Assembly: GCF_037042905.1 (NCBI RefSeq)
Contig: NC_087263.1
Span: 15,378,001-15,442,000, forward strand
Source of the DNA: Lytechinus pictus
Lineage: Eukaryota
DNA length: 64,000 nucleotides
Direction: 5' to 3'
Shown here: one piece after another, positions 13,601 through 23,842 of the stretch
Layout: every line of letters starts with the position of its first letter
How positions within the stretch are numbered: the stretch's first letter is position 1
Notes under the pieces: model-generated
Told to the model about the DNA's origin: nothing
Databases searched by the model: none
What the model saw: the letters and a program-made list of their open reading frames with translations, nothing else
Program-made: the position numbers and the translations under genes

Positions 13601-16600
13601 TTGAACACCGGCCCCCGCCCGGCCGCGTACCGACGCAATTAAGTTAGATCTATCCCTACGCAATTTTAACATTGATCGTACTTTATTTTTCGAATAATTG
13701 TCAATTTTTTGAGGAAGAAAGATTATCAACTTTCGATCTCGGGTTGAGCCTTCGGAGCCGAACGCCAAATCTACTTTACTTGCTTCGCTTGCCTAAACCA
13801 TGCCTGAACTCCCGGCACCCGCCCAGTGGCTGCGCCTCAGCCTCCCCGTCTTTTACCGGCGCACCGCAAGTGCAGTGGTGGGTGCGGGTCGGGCGCAAGC
13901 AGCCGTTAGTTTCGGCTCCGTTTTTGTCATGGTTGAAAATCTGCTTACTTCTACCAACAAGCACTTATCAAATGTAGGTTATGATATAACCTTGTCCTCA
14001 GTCAGTAACCCCTGTGTGGTGAAATAACATGAATAAGACAATGTCAATGTTTGGCTTATTTTCTCTTGATGCATGATTGATAGGCTGGATAATAAATGTT
14101 TGATTTTTTGGCTTGTCAGTTTTTAATACAGTAGGGATAACTTAAATCTAAATTCATCATAAAATCTTGAAATTATTTTTTTGTCTGATTGAAAATAGAA
14201 TGCATCAATCTCACTTTCCACCAATAGAGGGCCTCACAAAAATATGCTCAAAATCAAAGTTTTTAGAGAGCTCTGATGAACAAGAAAAATTATCCCTAAG
14301 TCTATATAGATATATCACACCTGAATGAAACTGGGTGGTTTATGTCACAAAAGTGATATTTTAAAGACCTTTTTTTAATTTTTAATTGATAAATAAAGGT
14401 AGACTCTACATGTACATGTACTTGTAGGTCATCCTCTGGTGTGGTAATGAGGGTAAATTTGCTTTTAAAAGTGTAGGGAAATGCTACTTTTACATGCTGA
14501 AAATACAAAGAGTCCCTATACCGTTGGAGCGGACCGGACACCCGCTCGGCGCCCTCGGAACTTTGATACTGATTTTTTATTATCAAAGGTTGGCAGGTAT
14601 GCATAGACTCGTGTGTTAAAGTTGAAATCATTAAAAATAAGGAGGAAATTCGAGGGTTGAATGTTTACTACCAGTGGACAGGATATATGTCTGACATTCC
14701 ATATCTGAAAAGGGTACCTCGACTGGCTGATTTTAAAAATAAATCGGCATTTATGAAGACTACACCAGACAGGATCAAATTCATCACTTGAGAGAGTAAA
14801 ATGGCCCTAATTCTTCCGCCAGTAAAAAAATTGTTCCAAAGTGGTGATATATCTTTCCAATTTGGAAAAAGGAAGTTCAGTAGGTACCCTCCCTAGAATC
14901 AGTGTTCGATTGTCAATTATATTCATTCATTTTTGTCAATCAGCAATATCAAATTAAAAAATTGAGAATGGGCTGGCTCGAATGAATCTTTTGCCCGCCA
15001 GTTGTAATTAGGCCTGTGTAACCTCATTATCTTCCCTTTACTTGCAAGGAGAACTATGCAGCGTGGAGGAGCCAGAAGAAAGCACAAAAGGAGATGAGGG
15101 TGACGAAGGAGAAGGAAGAACAACAAGTGAAGGAAGAAGCGGAGAGGAAGAGGAAAGAAGAGGCTGAGGATGCCTACTTGAAGTGGAAAGAGGAAGCCAA
15201 GACGAGACCGCTCCCCCTAGCTAGCCCCTTTGCTTACCCACAAGGCTGCATCAAAGGTAATGGTCAATATCTGCATTCGTGCAACTGAGTGTCACGCTTG
15301 AATTAAGTCCCATAGCAATGATCCTAAACATGAGGAGCCCATATGCATATACACATGTGTCTTTATTAAAGTACAGTGAAAAATTGTACATCTGCCATCA
15401 TCCTGCAAACGTACCAGCAAAAAATATTGTCTGCAGGGTAGGAAAAAATATTTATTTTTCAGGGCTATCTTCTTTTTTTTTTCCTCATGAGGACGAATGC
15501 AGAATTTTGGGGCTGTTTCTTTCATTTTAAGGGCTACTTTTTAGGGGTAACAAGCGGTTATGCAGTCAAAGGAAAGAACATTATTCTGCCATAGATAGAA
15601 TGATGATTTTCTCAATAATCTTGAATATTGTTTGAGACACATCTTGGGGGCGACTCGAGAAAGAATGGTAGCCCCAAAGCATGCATGTAGGGGAACTTTT
15701 AGGGGTGATTTTGGCTACGGTTGTCATGAGGGCAAGGTCGCCCGTCGCCCTCATGTAATTCCCACGCTGAATGTCTGTCATGTGCCCAGTTTCCTGTGCA
15801 GAGAAATGAGCACCATAATATCATTTGTATGGGTTATGTAGGGCCTCTCAGGGGCAGATACAGTTTTCATCATTAGGGGGAAAACAAATTTCATCCACAT
15901 TTTCCACGATCGGCAACTTGTTGAGCTAAAAGCTTGATTGTTTTTAAATGCGTAAAGCTAAAGTAAATTTTAGCTTTATTTTACAGAACAAGATGATATA
16001 TTTCATAATGCCAAAAATTAAGTAATGCAGTTTGCACTGGTTTTTGTCTCACCTGCATAGCAGAGTGAGACTATAGGCGCCGCTTTTCCGACGGCGGCGG
16101 CGGCGTCAACACCAAATCTTAACCTGAGGTTAAGTTTTTGAAATGACAGCATAACTTAGAAAGTATATGGACCTAGTTCATGAAACTTGGCCATAAGGTT
16201 AATCAAGTATTACTGAACATCCTGCCTGAGTTTCATGTCACATGACCAAGGTCAAAGGTCATTTAGGGTCAATGAACTTAGACCATGTTGGGGAATCAAC
16301 ATCAAAATCTTAACCTAAGGTTAAGTTTTTGAAATGTCATCATAACTTAGAAAATATATGGACCTAGTTCATGAAACTTATACATAAGGTTAATCAAGTA
16401 TCACTGAACATCCTGCATGAGTTTCACGTCACATGACCAAGGTCAAAGGTCATTTAGGGTCAATGAACTATGGCCGAATTGGGGGTATCTGTTGAATTAC
16501 CATCATAACTTTAAAAGTTTATGGATCTGATTCATGAAACTTGGACATAATAGTAATCAAGTATTACTGAACATCCTGTGCAAGTTTCAGGTCACATGAT

Positions 16601-17382
16601 CAAGGTCAAAGGTCATTTAGGGTCAATGAACTTTGGCCAAATTGGGGTATTTGTTGAATTACAGCCATAAATTTGAAAGTGTGTTGGTCTAGTTCATAAA
16701 ACTTGGACATAAGAGTAATCAAGTATCACTAAACATCCTGTGCGAGTTTCAGGTCACATGATCAAGGTCAAAGGTCATGTAAGGTCAAAGAACTTTGGCC
16801 ACGTTGGGGGTATTTGTTGAATTGCCATCATATCTCTATAAGTGTATTGGTCTAGTTCATAAAACGTGGAAATACGAGTAACCAAGTATCACTGAACATC
16901 TTGTGCGAGTTATAGTAGTTTTCAAAATCAGCACTGCTGCTATATTGAATCGCGTGATGCAGGTGAGACGGCCAGAGGCATTCCACTTGTTTAAATATTT
17001 GATGTATTTAGACCTTAGAACGGAACAAATGATTACAGAATGGTCATAGGGTCAGGCATACATATTTTGTGATGCTGCCCTGTAGTTATTTACTGTAGTT
17101 TTCATTTTTTACGTTTTGTTTTAATTTTTTGTTGTATACATTATTGTATACATAGGTTACCAAGACAAGACAAGCTATGCCGTTCCCGGCTACTGTAACC
17201 CTATACCCTGGATGCCGATCCACACCCCCAAAGAGGACACCATGCCCTTGGGGAGGGGCCAGAGAGGGAGGGGAAGGAGGACCAACACTTCCTCATCGAG
17301 GAGACAGATACAACAACCGCTCTCACCCCCTCTGCTCTTTAGGGATCGGTCCGCACGGGAGAAGCTTGGGAAGCGCAGGTGA
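4351..17382 (+). CDS. CCDC34: Coiled-coil domain-containing protein 34; join(4351..4616,7754..8003,11375..11584,15049..15256,17156..17382), 386 aa
   Basis: Five exons with AG/GT boundaries join in frame (intron phases 2,0,0,1; 1161 nt incl. TGA). Protein has LSPWENWLIEKTKEER, an E/K-rich coiled coil, GYCNPIPWMPIH and a C-terminal SPPLLFRD, which I recognise as CCDC34-family motifs. Confidence 0.88.
4688..4936 (+). mobile_element. tRNA-derived SINE with (GGAT)n tail
   Basis: A box TGGCTCAGTTGG, B box GTTCAAATC, non-tRNA body; its 3' half recurs inverted at 59778-59887. Confidence 0.8.
5260..7187 (+). mobile_element. 5'-truncated L2/CR1-group LINE in CCDC34 intron
   Basis: RT ORF, short 3'UTR with GCGCCTTGAG stem-loop region and (ATT)n tail; no endonuclease domain present. 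Confidence 0.9.
5325..7079 (+). CDS. LINE ORF2 reverse transcriptase fragment (584 codons, open)
   Basis: YRPVANLSFLSKVIE, QSAYR, LDLSSAFDTVDH, VPQGSVLGP, YADD, WNNLP motifs. Confidence 0.9.
   Translation: MLHRKKESVLPVTSSDQILAEEFCQFFFNKVTKIRDDIDAELQLEQRVQQCESLPVPLMTDFAPASVSEIRRVVVDSPASSCELDPVPTSLIKECIDDFASYITDIVNKSLRSASFPASMQQALVKPLLKKANLDRQEFSSYRPVANLSFLSKVIERIVSIRIRSFLTENDLQNNFQSAYREKHSVETALLRVQNDILTGMDHGKVTGLILLDLSSAFDTVDHAILLERLQSIGIGGRAHQWLMSYLSNRSQRVCVRGAVSGKVHLPFSVPQGSVLGPQLFNIYTLPLHDIIKRHNLNHHMYADDTQVYFSCSPTQEEVDAWIARVEACLSEIRNWMMENYLKLNDDKTQFLMLGSKLQLAKLTIPNLHIGSLSIIPVDKVRNLGVIFDSNMTMESQVSSSVKLAMYSVRNLRIVRKYLTKKAAEQLVHAFVTSRIDCCNSLLYGIPLSQVKRLQLVQNAAARLVTYTRRSSHITPVLKSLHWIPVQHRITYKILLIAYRALTFSSPEYISSLLDFRKPGRSGLRSSKTSSLDLSIPKTRRSWGDRAFASAAPRLWNNLPTKLKDCRSVEHFKASLKTYLMAKL
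7357..7631. mobile_element. MITE (GGGCCCGT...AAAGAGTT family)
   Basis: TIR GGGCCCGTCTAACAAAGAGTT / AACTCTTTGTTAGACGTGGCCC. Confidence 0.7.
7754..8003 (+). CDS. CCDC34: CCDC34 coding exon 2 (Ser/Arg-rich, LSPWENWLIEK)
   Basis: cttgcag| acceptor, AAG|GTGAAT donor; phase matches both neighbours. Confidence 0.85.
8063..8281. mobile_element. MITE
   Basis: ~48-bp TIR GGGGTGTTTCACAAAGATTTAAGTATGACTT. Confidence 0.75.
8440..8840 (-). mobile_element. Penelope-like retroelement 3' fragment (GIY-YIG endonuclease C-terminal part)
   Basis: HIGRTTQRLADRISQH...SAFANHL...FKVLSQARSFTHLRVLEAAYI is the PLE endonuclease pattern; truncated and frameshifted. Confidence 0.75.
9025..9207. mobile_element. hAT-like MITE
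   Basis: TIR CATTGGCGGTGGAAG / CTTCCGCCGCCTATG; 8-bp TSD gACAGTAG/aACAGTAG (1 mismatch). Confidence 0.65.
9787..11177. mobile_element. piggyBac-like non-autonomous remnant, interrupted by the 10343-10999 element
   Basis: Ends ...CCCCGGCCTATATAGGG|TTAA; matching left end not found, so left boundary is approximate. Confidence 0.4.
10343..10999. mobile_element. Non-autonomous DNA transposon, CCCGG(G)n termini, 8-bp TSD (copy 1)
   Basis: TIR core CATTGACGAGTGGATACCATGCGCGACC; TSD AATTACGC on both sides. Confidence 0.85.
11375..11584 (+). CDS. CCDC34: CCDC34 coding exon 3 (coiled coil)
   Basis: Polypyrimidine tract + gtag| acceptor, AAG|GTACTG donor, 210 nt. Confidence 0.85.
11617..11880 (+). 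mobile_element. tRNA-derived SINE (Deu/Nin-like core, L2-like tail)
   Basis: A/B boxes, CACCCAG...AAATGGGTACC core, (ATT)n tail. Confidence 0.8.
11881..12144 (-). mobile_element. tRNA-derived SINE of the same superfamily, tail-to-tail with the previous
   Basis: Minus strand GGTGTTGTGGTCTAATGG head and GAATGGGTACCC core. Confidence 0.75.
12420..12545 (-). mobile_element. LINE ORF2 extreme C-terminal remnant
   Basis: IRESSSLGAFQRSLKTFLF resembles the L2/CR1 ORF2 C-terminus (cf. HFKASLKTYL near 7050). Confidence 0.5.
12890..14601. mobile_element. Non-autonomous TIR element (hAT-like termini), possibly composite
   Basis: TIR CATACCTGCCAACC / GGTTGGCAGGTATG; no clean TSD; no transposase ORF. 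Confidence 0.55.
15049..15256 (+). CDS. CCDC34: CCDC34 coding exon 4 (ENYAAWRSQKK...YPQGCIK)
   Basis: cttgcaag| acceptor, G|GTAATG donor. Confidence 0.85.
16041..16990 (+). mobile_element. Helentron-associated (DINE-1/pearl/Tsp-like) non-autonomous element, copy 1
   Basis: T-rich insertion site; subterminal IR GTCTCACCTGCAT / ATGCAGGTGAGAC; (GGC)n after the 5' hairpin; ~160-190-bp internal tandem repeats; 3' end CCACTTGT. Confidence 0.7.
17156..17382 (+). CDS. CCDC34: CCDC34 last coding exon (GYQDKTSY...NPIPW...SPPLLFRD...KRR*)
   Basis: T-rich tract + catag| acceptor; TGA at 17380-17382. Confidence 0.88.
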
Positions 17383-18499
17383 CATGAGGGGTGATTGACA
17401 GTCATTGCAGTTTCTTCTATTTTTGTTGAAAGACTATTTATTCCTTGATAAGTAAGATTTGTATTTCTGTACATTCCATAAAGATGATCCATTCATTTGC
17501 ATGCATGAGACTGAAAGGAGGTGTAAAGGAGGCTATGCCCTCAAGAAGGCAGAGAGAATAACCGTTATCACCCCCTCTGTTCTTTAGAGATCGGTCTATG
17601 TGAGAGAAGCTTGGAAAACGGGATGGACTGAGGGGTGAAAGACAATCACCGCAATCTCTTTTATTTTGGATGAAAGGCATTTATTCTTCCAAATGCATCT
17701 ACTGTAGTAAGATCTGAATCTGAGGATCCACTCTTTCATACATTCTGTAAAAGATAGATCCCATTCATCTACATGCATGACACTGAAAGGAGGTGGAAAG
17801 GAGGCTATGCCCTCAAGAAGGCAGATAGAATAACCGTTATCACAGAGATCGGTCCATGTGAGAGAAGCTTGGAAAATGGGATGGATTGAGGGGTGAAAGA
17901 CAATCATCGCAATCTCTGTCACTTTTTATGAAAGACTTTTATTCATCCAAATGCATGTACTGAAGTAAGATCTAATGATCCGCTCTTTGGTACATTCTGT
18001 AAAAGATAGATCCCATTCATCTACATGCATGACACTGAAAGGAGGTGCAAAGGAGGCTATGCCCTCAAGAAGGCAAATAGAATAACCGTTGTCACCCCCT
18101 CTGTCCTTTAGAGATCGGTCCATGTGAGAGAAGCTTAGAAAATGGGATGGACTGAGGGGTGAAAGACAATCACCGCAATCTCTTTTATTTTGGATGAAAG
18201 GCATTTATTCATCCAAATGCATCTACTGTAGTAAGATCTGAATCTGAGGATCCACTCTTTCATACATTCTGTAAAAGATAGATCCCATTCATCTACATGC
18301 ATGACACTGAAAGGAGGTGGAAAGGAGGCTATGCCCTCAAGAAGGCAGATAGAATAACGTTATCACCCCCTCTGTCCTTTAGAGATTGGTCCATGTGAGA
18401 GAAGCTAAGAAAACGGGATGGACTGAGGGGTGAAAGACAATCATCGCGATCTCTTTTACTTTTGATGAAAGACTTTTATTCATCCAAGTGCATGTCCTG

Positions 18500-18645
18500 G
18501 GGCCCGTTGCAGAAAGAGTTGTAATAAATCGCAACTATAAAAATCATGCGCAACTTGATTTTCAACCAATCAGCAGCGCGCATATGGGACTTGCGATTGA
18601 TTTTTTTGACTTGCGTTTAAACGCAACTCTTTCTGCAACAGACCC
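18500..18645. mobile_element. MITE inserted in the tandem array (CWG TSD, Harbinger-like)
   Basis: TIR GGGCCCGTTGCAGAAAGAGTTG; CTG duplicated relative to the empty unit CATGTACTGAAG. Confidence 0.75.
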
Positions 18646-19465
18646 CTGAAGTAAGATCTAATGATCCACTCTTTGGTACATTCTGTAAAAGATAGATCCC
18701 ATTCAGCTGTATGCATGAGACTGAAAGGGGATGTAAAAAAGGATATGCCCTCAAGAAGGCAGATACAATGATTGTTGTCACCCCCTCTGCTCTGTAGATA
18801 TCGGTCCATGCGGGGTAAGCTTGGAAAACAGAGATGACATGAGGGGGGGGGGGATAGACAGTCATCGCAATCTCCGCTATTATTTATGAAAGTATTTATT
18901 TTTTATTGAAAAAGTAAGATCTGTTTTTCTGTACATAACATAAATAGTCTGATCTATTCTTCTGCATGTTGGAGACTGAAAGGGGATGTAAGATAGGCTC
19001 TGCCCGTAAGAATGCAGATACGATAATTGTTGTCACCCCCTCTGCTCTTCAAAGATCGATCCTCGCTAGAGGAGCTTGGAAAACGCAGGTGACATTAGGG
19101 GGGATAGACAGTTGTCGCAATCTCTTTTATTTTCAATGAAAGACTTTAATTCATCCAAATGCATGTACTGAAGTAAGATCTGATGATCCACTCTTTGGTA
19201 CATTCTGTAAAAGATAGATCCCATTCATCTACATGCATGACACTGAAAGGGGGTGTAAAGGAGGCTATGCCCTTAAGAAGGCAGATACGATAATTGTTGT
19301 CATCCCCTCTGCTCTGTAGAGATCGGTCCACGCGGGTTAAGCTTGGAAAACTCAGGTGACATGAGGGGGGATAGGCAGTCATCACAATCTCCGCTATTAT
19401 TGATGAAAGTATTCCTATTTACCATTAAGGTCTATTCTTCTGCACATTCCATGAAAGATGATCAG

Positions 19466-20758
19466 TGGTCCGTTGCAGAAAGAGTTGCGTTAAAATCAAT
19501 CGCAAGTCCCAAATGCCCGCTGTTGATTGGTTGAAAATCAAGTTGCGCTTGATTTTTGTCTCGCCTGCATAGCAGAGCGAGACTATAGGCGCCGCTTTTT
19601 CGACGGCGGCGGCGGCGTCAACATCAAATCTTAACCTAAGGTTAAGTTTTTGAAATTACATCATAACTTAGAAAGTATATGGACCTAGTTCATGAAACTT
19701 GAACATAAGGTTAATCAAGTATTACTTAATATCCTGCCTCAGTTTCAGGTCACATGACCAAGGTCAAAGGTCATTTAGGGTCAATGAACTTAGACCATGT
19801 TAGGAGAATTATTTTCAAAATCTTAACCGAAGGTTAAGTTTTTGAAATGACATCATAACTTAGAAAGGATATGGACCTAGTTAATGAAACTTTGGCATAA
19901 GGTTAATCAAGTATTAGTGAACATCCTGCTCGAGTTTCAGGTCACGTGACCAAGGTCAAAGGTCATTTAGGGTCAATGAAATTTGGTCAAGTTGGGGGTA
20001 TTTGTTGAATTACTATCATAACTTTGAAAATTTATGGATCTAGTTCATGAAACTTAGACATAAGGTTAATCAAGTATTAGTGAACATCCTGCCTGAGTTT
20101 CAGGTCACATGACCAAGGTCAAAGGTCATTTAGGGTCAACGAACTTTGGCCAAGTTGGGGGTATTTGTTGAATTACCATCATAACTTTGAAAATTTACGG
20201 ATCGAGTTCATGAAACTTGGACATTAGGTTAATCAAGTACCACTGAATATCCTGTGAGAGTTTCAGGTCACATGACCATGCTCAATGGTCATTTAAGGTC
20301 AATGAACTTTGGCCGTGTTGGGGGTATTTGTTAAATTACCATCCTAACTCTGAAAGTTTATGGATCTAGTTCATAAAACTTGGGATATAAGAGTAATAAA
20401 GTATCACTGAACATCCCCTGTGAGTTTCAGGTCACAAAACCAAGGTCAAAGGTCAGTTAAGGTCAATAAACTTAGGCCATGTTGGGGTAATTGTTGAATT
20501 GCCATCATAACTTTGAAAGTTTATGGAGTGAATGAAATGTGGACATGGGTGTAGTTGTCAAGTCTTAAGTCACCGTTCAAATGTCATTTATGGTCAATGA
20601 ACGTGGTATTATGTCATTATATGAATGGTGTTTTTGTGAATGATTATTTTATAGTAGTTTTCAAAGTTAGCACTGCTGCTATATTAAATCGCGTAATGCA
20701 GGTTCCACTTGTTTGAGTTGCAATTGATATTGATTGCAACTCTTTCTGCAACGGGCCC
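19466..20758. mobile_element. Same MITE family in opposite orientation, split by a nested element
   Basis: CCGTTGCAGAAAGAGTTGC left end and GCAACTCTTTCTGCAACGGGCCC right end. Confidence 0.75.
19553..20712 (+). mobile_element. Helentron-associated (DINE-1/pearl/Tsp-like) element, copy 2
   Basis: Colinear with 16041-16990; one more internal repeat; 3' subterminal IR partly deleted. Confidence 0.7.
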
Positions 20759-22416
20759 ATGATCCTTTGCATGCGGGAGACTGAAAGAGGTTGTAAAAAA
20801 TGCTATGCCCTCAAGTAGGCAAATACAATAATTGTTGTCACCCCCTCTGCTCTTCAGAGATTGATCCACGTGGGAGAAGCTTGGAAAACAGAGATGACAA
20901 GAGGGGGGATAGACAGTCATCACAATCTCCACTATTACTTATGAAAATATTTTTTTTAATTGAAATAGTAAAATCTGTTTTTCTGTACATTACATAAAGA
21001 TTTATCCATTCTTCTGCATGCAGGAGACTGAAAGGGGAGGTAAAAAAGGCTAAGTCTTCAAGAATGCAGATACATTAACAGTTATCACCCCCTCTGCTCT
21101 TTAGAGATCAGTCCATGCAAGACAAGCTTGAGAAACGCAGTTGACATGAGGGGGTATAGACTGTCGTCTTAATCTCTTCTATTTTTTTATATTAAAAACA
21201 TATTTATTGAAATATTAAGGTATATTCTGTGAGTTTAATCTATTGTTTTGCATGTCTGGCACAACAATGTGATTTCAATACAGAAAGCTATGCCCCCAGC
21301 AAGAGATCGATCTACGAGACAGAAGCTTGAAAGACTGTAGTCTTCATTCAAATACTGTAGTTAAATCTGATTATCTAATCTTCTGTACATTCCATGAAAT
21401 TTATTTTCTGCATATTTGTGACTCAAATAGGTGAAAGATGTGTCCCTTATGACATCAGATACTGGCATTAATCTACTTTTAACACTGCTGTTGGAAATAC
21501 TGCCTTTTGAGTAGGGGCTTGAAGAATGTCATCATCAAACTGTCCTCAGAAATTACAGATTACCGAAAGAGCAAAGGTATTGAGCAAGAAACTGAGCATC
21601 TCAACAATATTTTTCTAATATTTAGATGAACGGTCTGAATTCTAACTGTCTGAATGGCCCTGTTATCCATTGTTCAGTCAAGTTTAAACATTTAGTGTAT
21701 GACCAAGCCTCAAGGGGCAAGTTGGACAGTGTGTTCTGAAGTGCATCCTAATTGAATAATTGGTTGCGCATAGGATTATATTCACATGAAATACAGGCGG
21801 TTGGCAGGGTTAGGCTCAATTACTTTCTTCAATTACAATTACTCTCCCTTTCAAAATGTCAGTTACAGTATAAATACAAATACTCCAAAAAATGTAATTA
21901 AAAATTACGTAATTGATCAATTACCTTGTAATTGAGCCCAACCCGGGCCGTTTGTCTACTTTTCTTACGGTCTCACCATTTATTCTATTTTTCATTTCGT
22001 CTTATGCCCATTTGGTCTTATTACAGTTATTCTACTCATCATTTTTTACCTTGTCAAATATGAAACTTGGTTCATGACATTAGGGCATTTTAGCAACCAC
22101 CTCACAGATGCCTTCTACACATGCGGAGAATGTTTCTTTAAGAACCCTTCATAACAAAGCATCCTCTGTCGAAAATCTGCGAATCAAACCAGCAGTGTCG
22201 TCCTGGACTCAAGACAAATTGCGTATTTGCAATTTTTTGTCCAGTTTGAATTTTAAGACGACGCGCTCTCCCGGTCCACCAACTTTTGGCAATGACCTCT
22301 AATCTGTCCATTGTGATTCGACAGGCTTTTTCAATAGATTCTCGATGTTCCAAAAAGTGTCTGCAAAGTGGATGCTAAAATACATTACTGTCTTATAAAA
22401 CAAATCATACACTCAT

Positions 22417-23072
22417 CCCGGGGGGGCCACTTACATTGACGAGTGGATACCATGCGCGACCAAACAAACACGTAAAAAGGATGTCTTTTTCAAGATAGGG
22501 CACGTTACGTACGTAACGTGATAAGGGTGTCAAAAACACAAAAATATTGAAAAAAGGGTATCTATTTCGCCTGGAAAAATATACGTGTTTAGGGTCAAAT
22601 ATGCGGGGTTGATAAAACAAAATCAAAATGTTTTACAAAGGATGTCCTTTTTGCCCCAACACTACGTGTTTAGAGTCCGATTTGCGCGAGGTGTGGAAGG
22701 CGGGGCCTTACGTCTAAAGGTAAAACCGACGACTGACGGACGCGTGACATAACAATTAAATATCTCTGTACTTGTTTAGGGGTTCATTTCAGGGAATACT
22801 TGCTAAGAGTATCGTTTTGTTTCCAATACTTGTTAAGGGGTGCATTTTCAGAATATGGAAAATACATCGCTGTACTTGTTTAGGGGCTCAGTTCTGGGAA
22901 TACTTGCCAATAGTATTTGTTTCCAATACTTGTTAAGGGTAGGGTTTCACACGCCAATACTTGTTAAGGGGTGCATTTTCAGAATATGGAAAATACGTGT
23001 TTAGGGTGCTGTTCAAGACCCCGTGGTCGCGCATGGTATCCACTCGTAAATGGAAGTGGCCCCCCCCCCGGG
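22417..23072. mobile_element. Non-autonomous DNA transposon, CCCGG(G)n termini, 8-bp TSD (copy 2, inverted vs copy 1)
   Basis: TSD ACACTCAT on both sides; close reverse-complement match to 10343-10999. Confidence 0.88.
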
Positions 23073-23842
23073 ACACTCATATTGCTCAGGCATTGTAATA
23101 AACCTTGTCACCTTTGAAAAAGTCAAAATTATCCAAAGGCACATGCTACTTGCCTAATAAAGCCTCTCTAATGAGTATTATTATTTGAACAACTTCGGGG
23201 ACTTTTTTTTCTAAAGTCGCTATGCAATACATATCCATCCATTTTTGTATTCATTTGTATTTCCCATGTTTTGATATGGAATACCATTCATTCTTTTGTT
23301 TTGGAAGTTTATTTCGTATTTTTGGAGCTCTTTGAAAAGGGCTCGACCTACCCATATATAAACCAGCTTTATCCTCTCTTTTTGGTGGAATGGAGAGGCC
23401 TGTTTTACAGGGAATTGTGTTTAAACACAACTAAAAGGTTTAAACGCAAGTCAGCCGTACATTGTTATCAATTAGGTTGTGTTTGATCTTACAGAGTTTT
23501 GCTCAGTTCATAGGCTTGGAACACAATTTGATAAAGTATTACTGTCTCATAAGAAATCCCACCCCCCCCCCCCCAAAAAAAAAAAAAGAATTGTAAAAAA
23601 ATTAAGGGGTCGCAGAGCACAGAAATTGAGTTGTTTATGTTGAATAAAAAAGATTATCAATTGTTTGGACAAAATATTGAAAAACTATTGATGTTCTTAT
23701 TTTAAATTCATGTACATGTCTTTGTTAGCTCAGAGAATGATATTCCAATAGTAAACTGATTATTAGAAATAGAACATGACTTGAAATGTGACTTTTGGTG
23801 TAGCGATATCTTCAATATCATTGAATAATGATAGTAAATAGC

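Larger units (their letters stand above)
17400..21340 (+). repeat. Tandem array (~245-270-bp unit, ~9-10 copies) derived from the CCDC34 C-terminal codons/stop region
   Basis: TCACCCCCTCTG..TT.AGAGATCGGTCCA...GAAGCTTGG recurs near 17589, 17847, 18113, 18383, 18799, 19055, 19321, 20860, 21106 and (degenerate) 21305. Confidence 0.85.
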
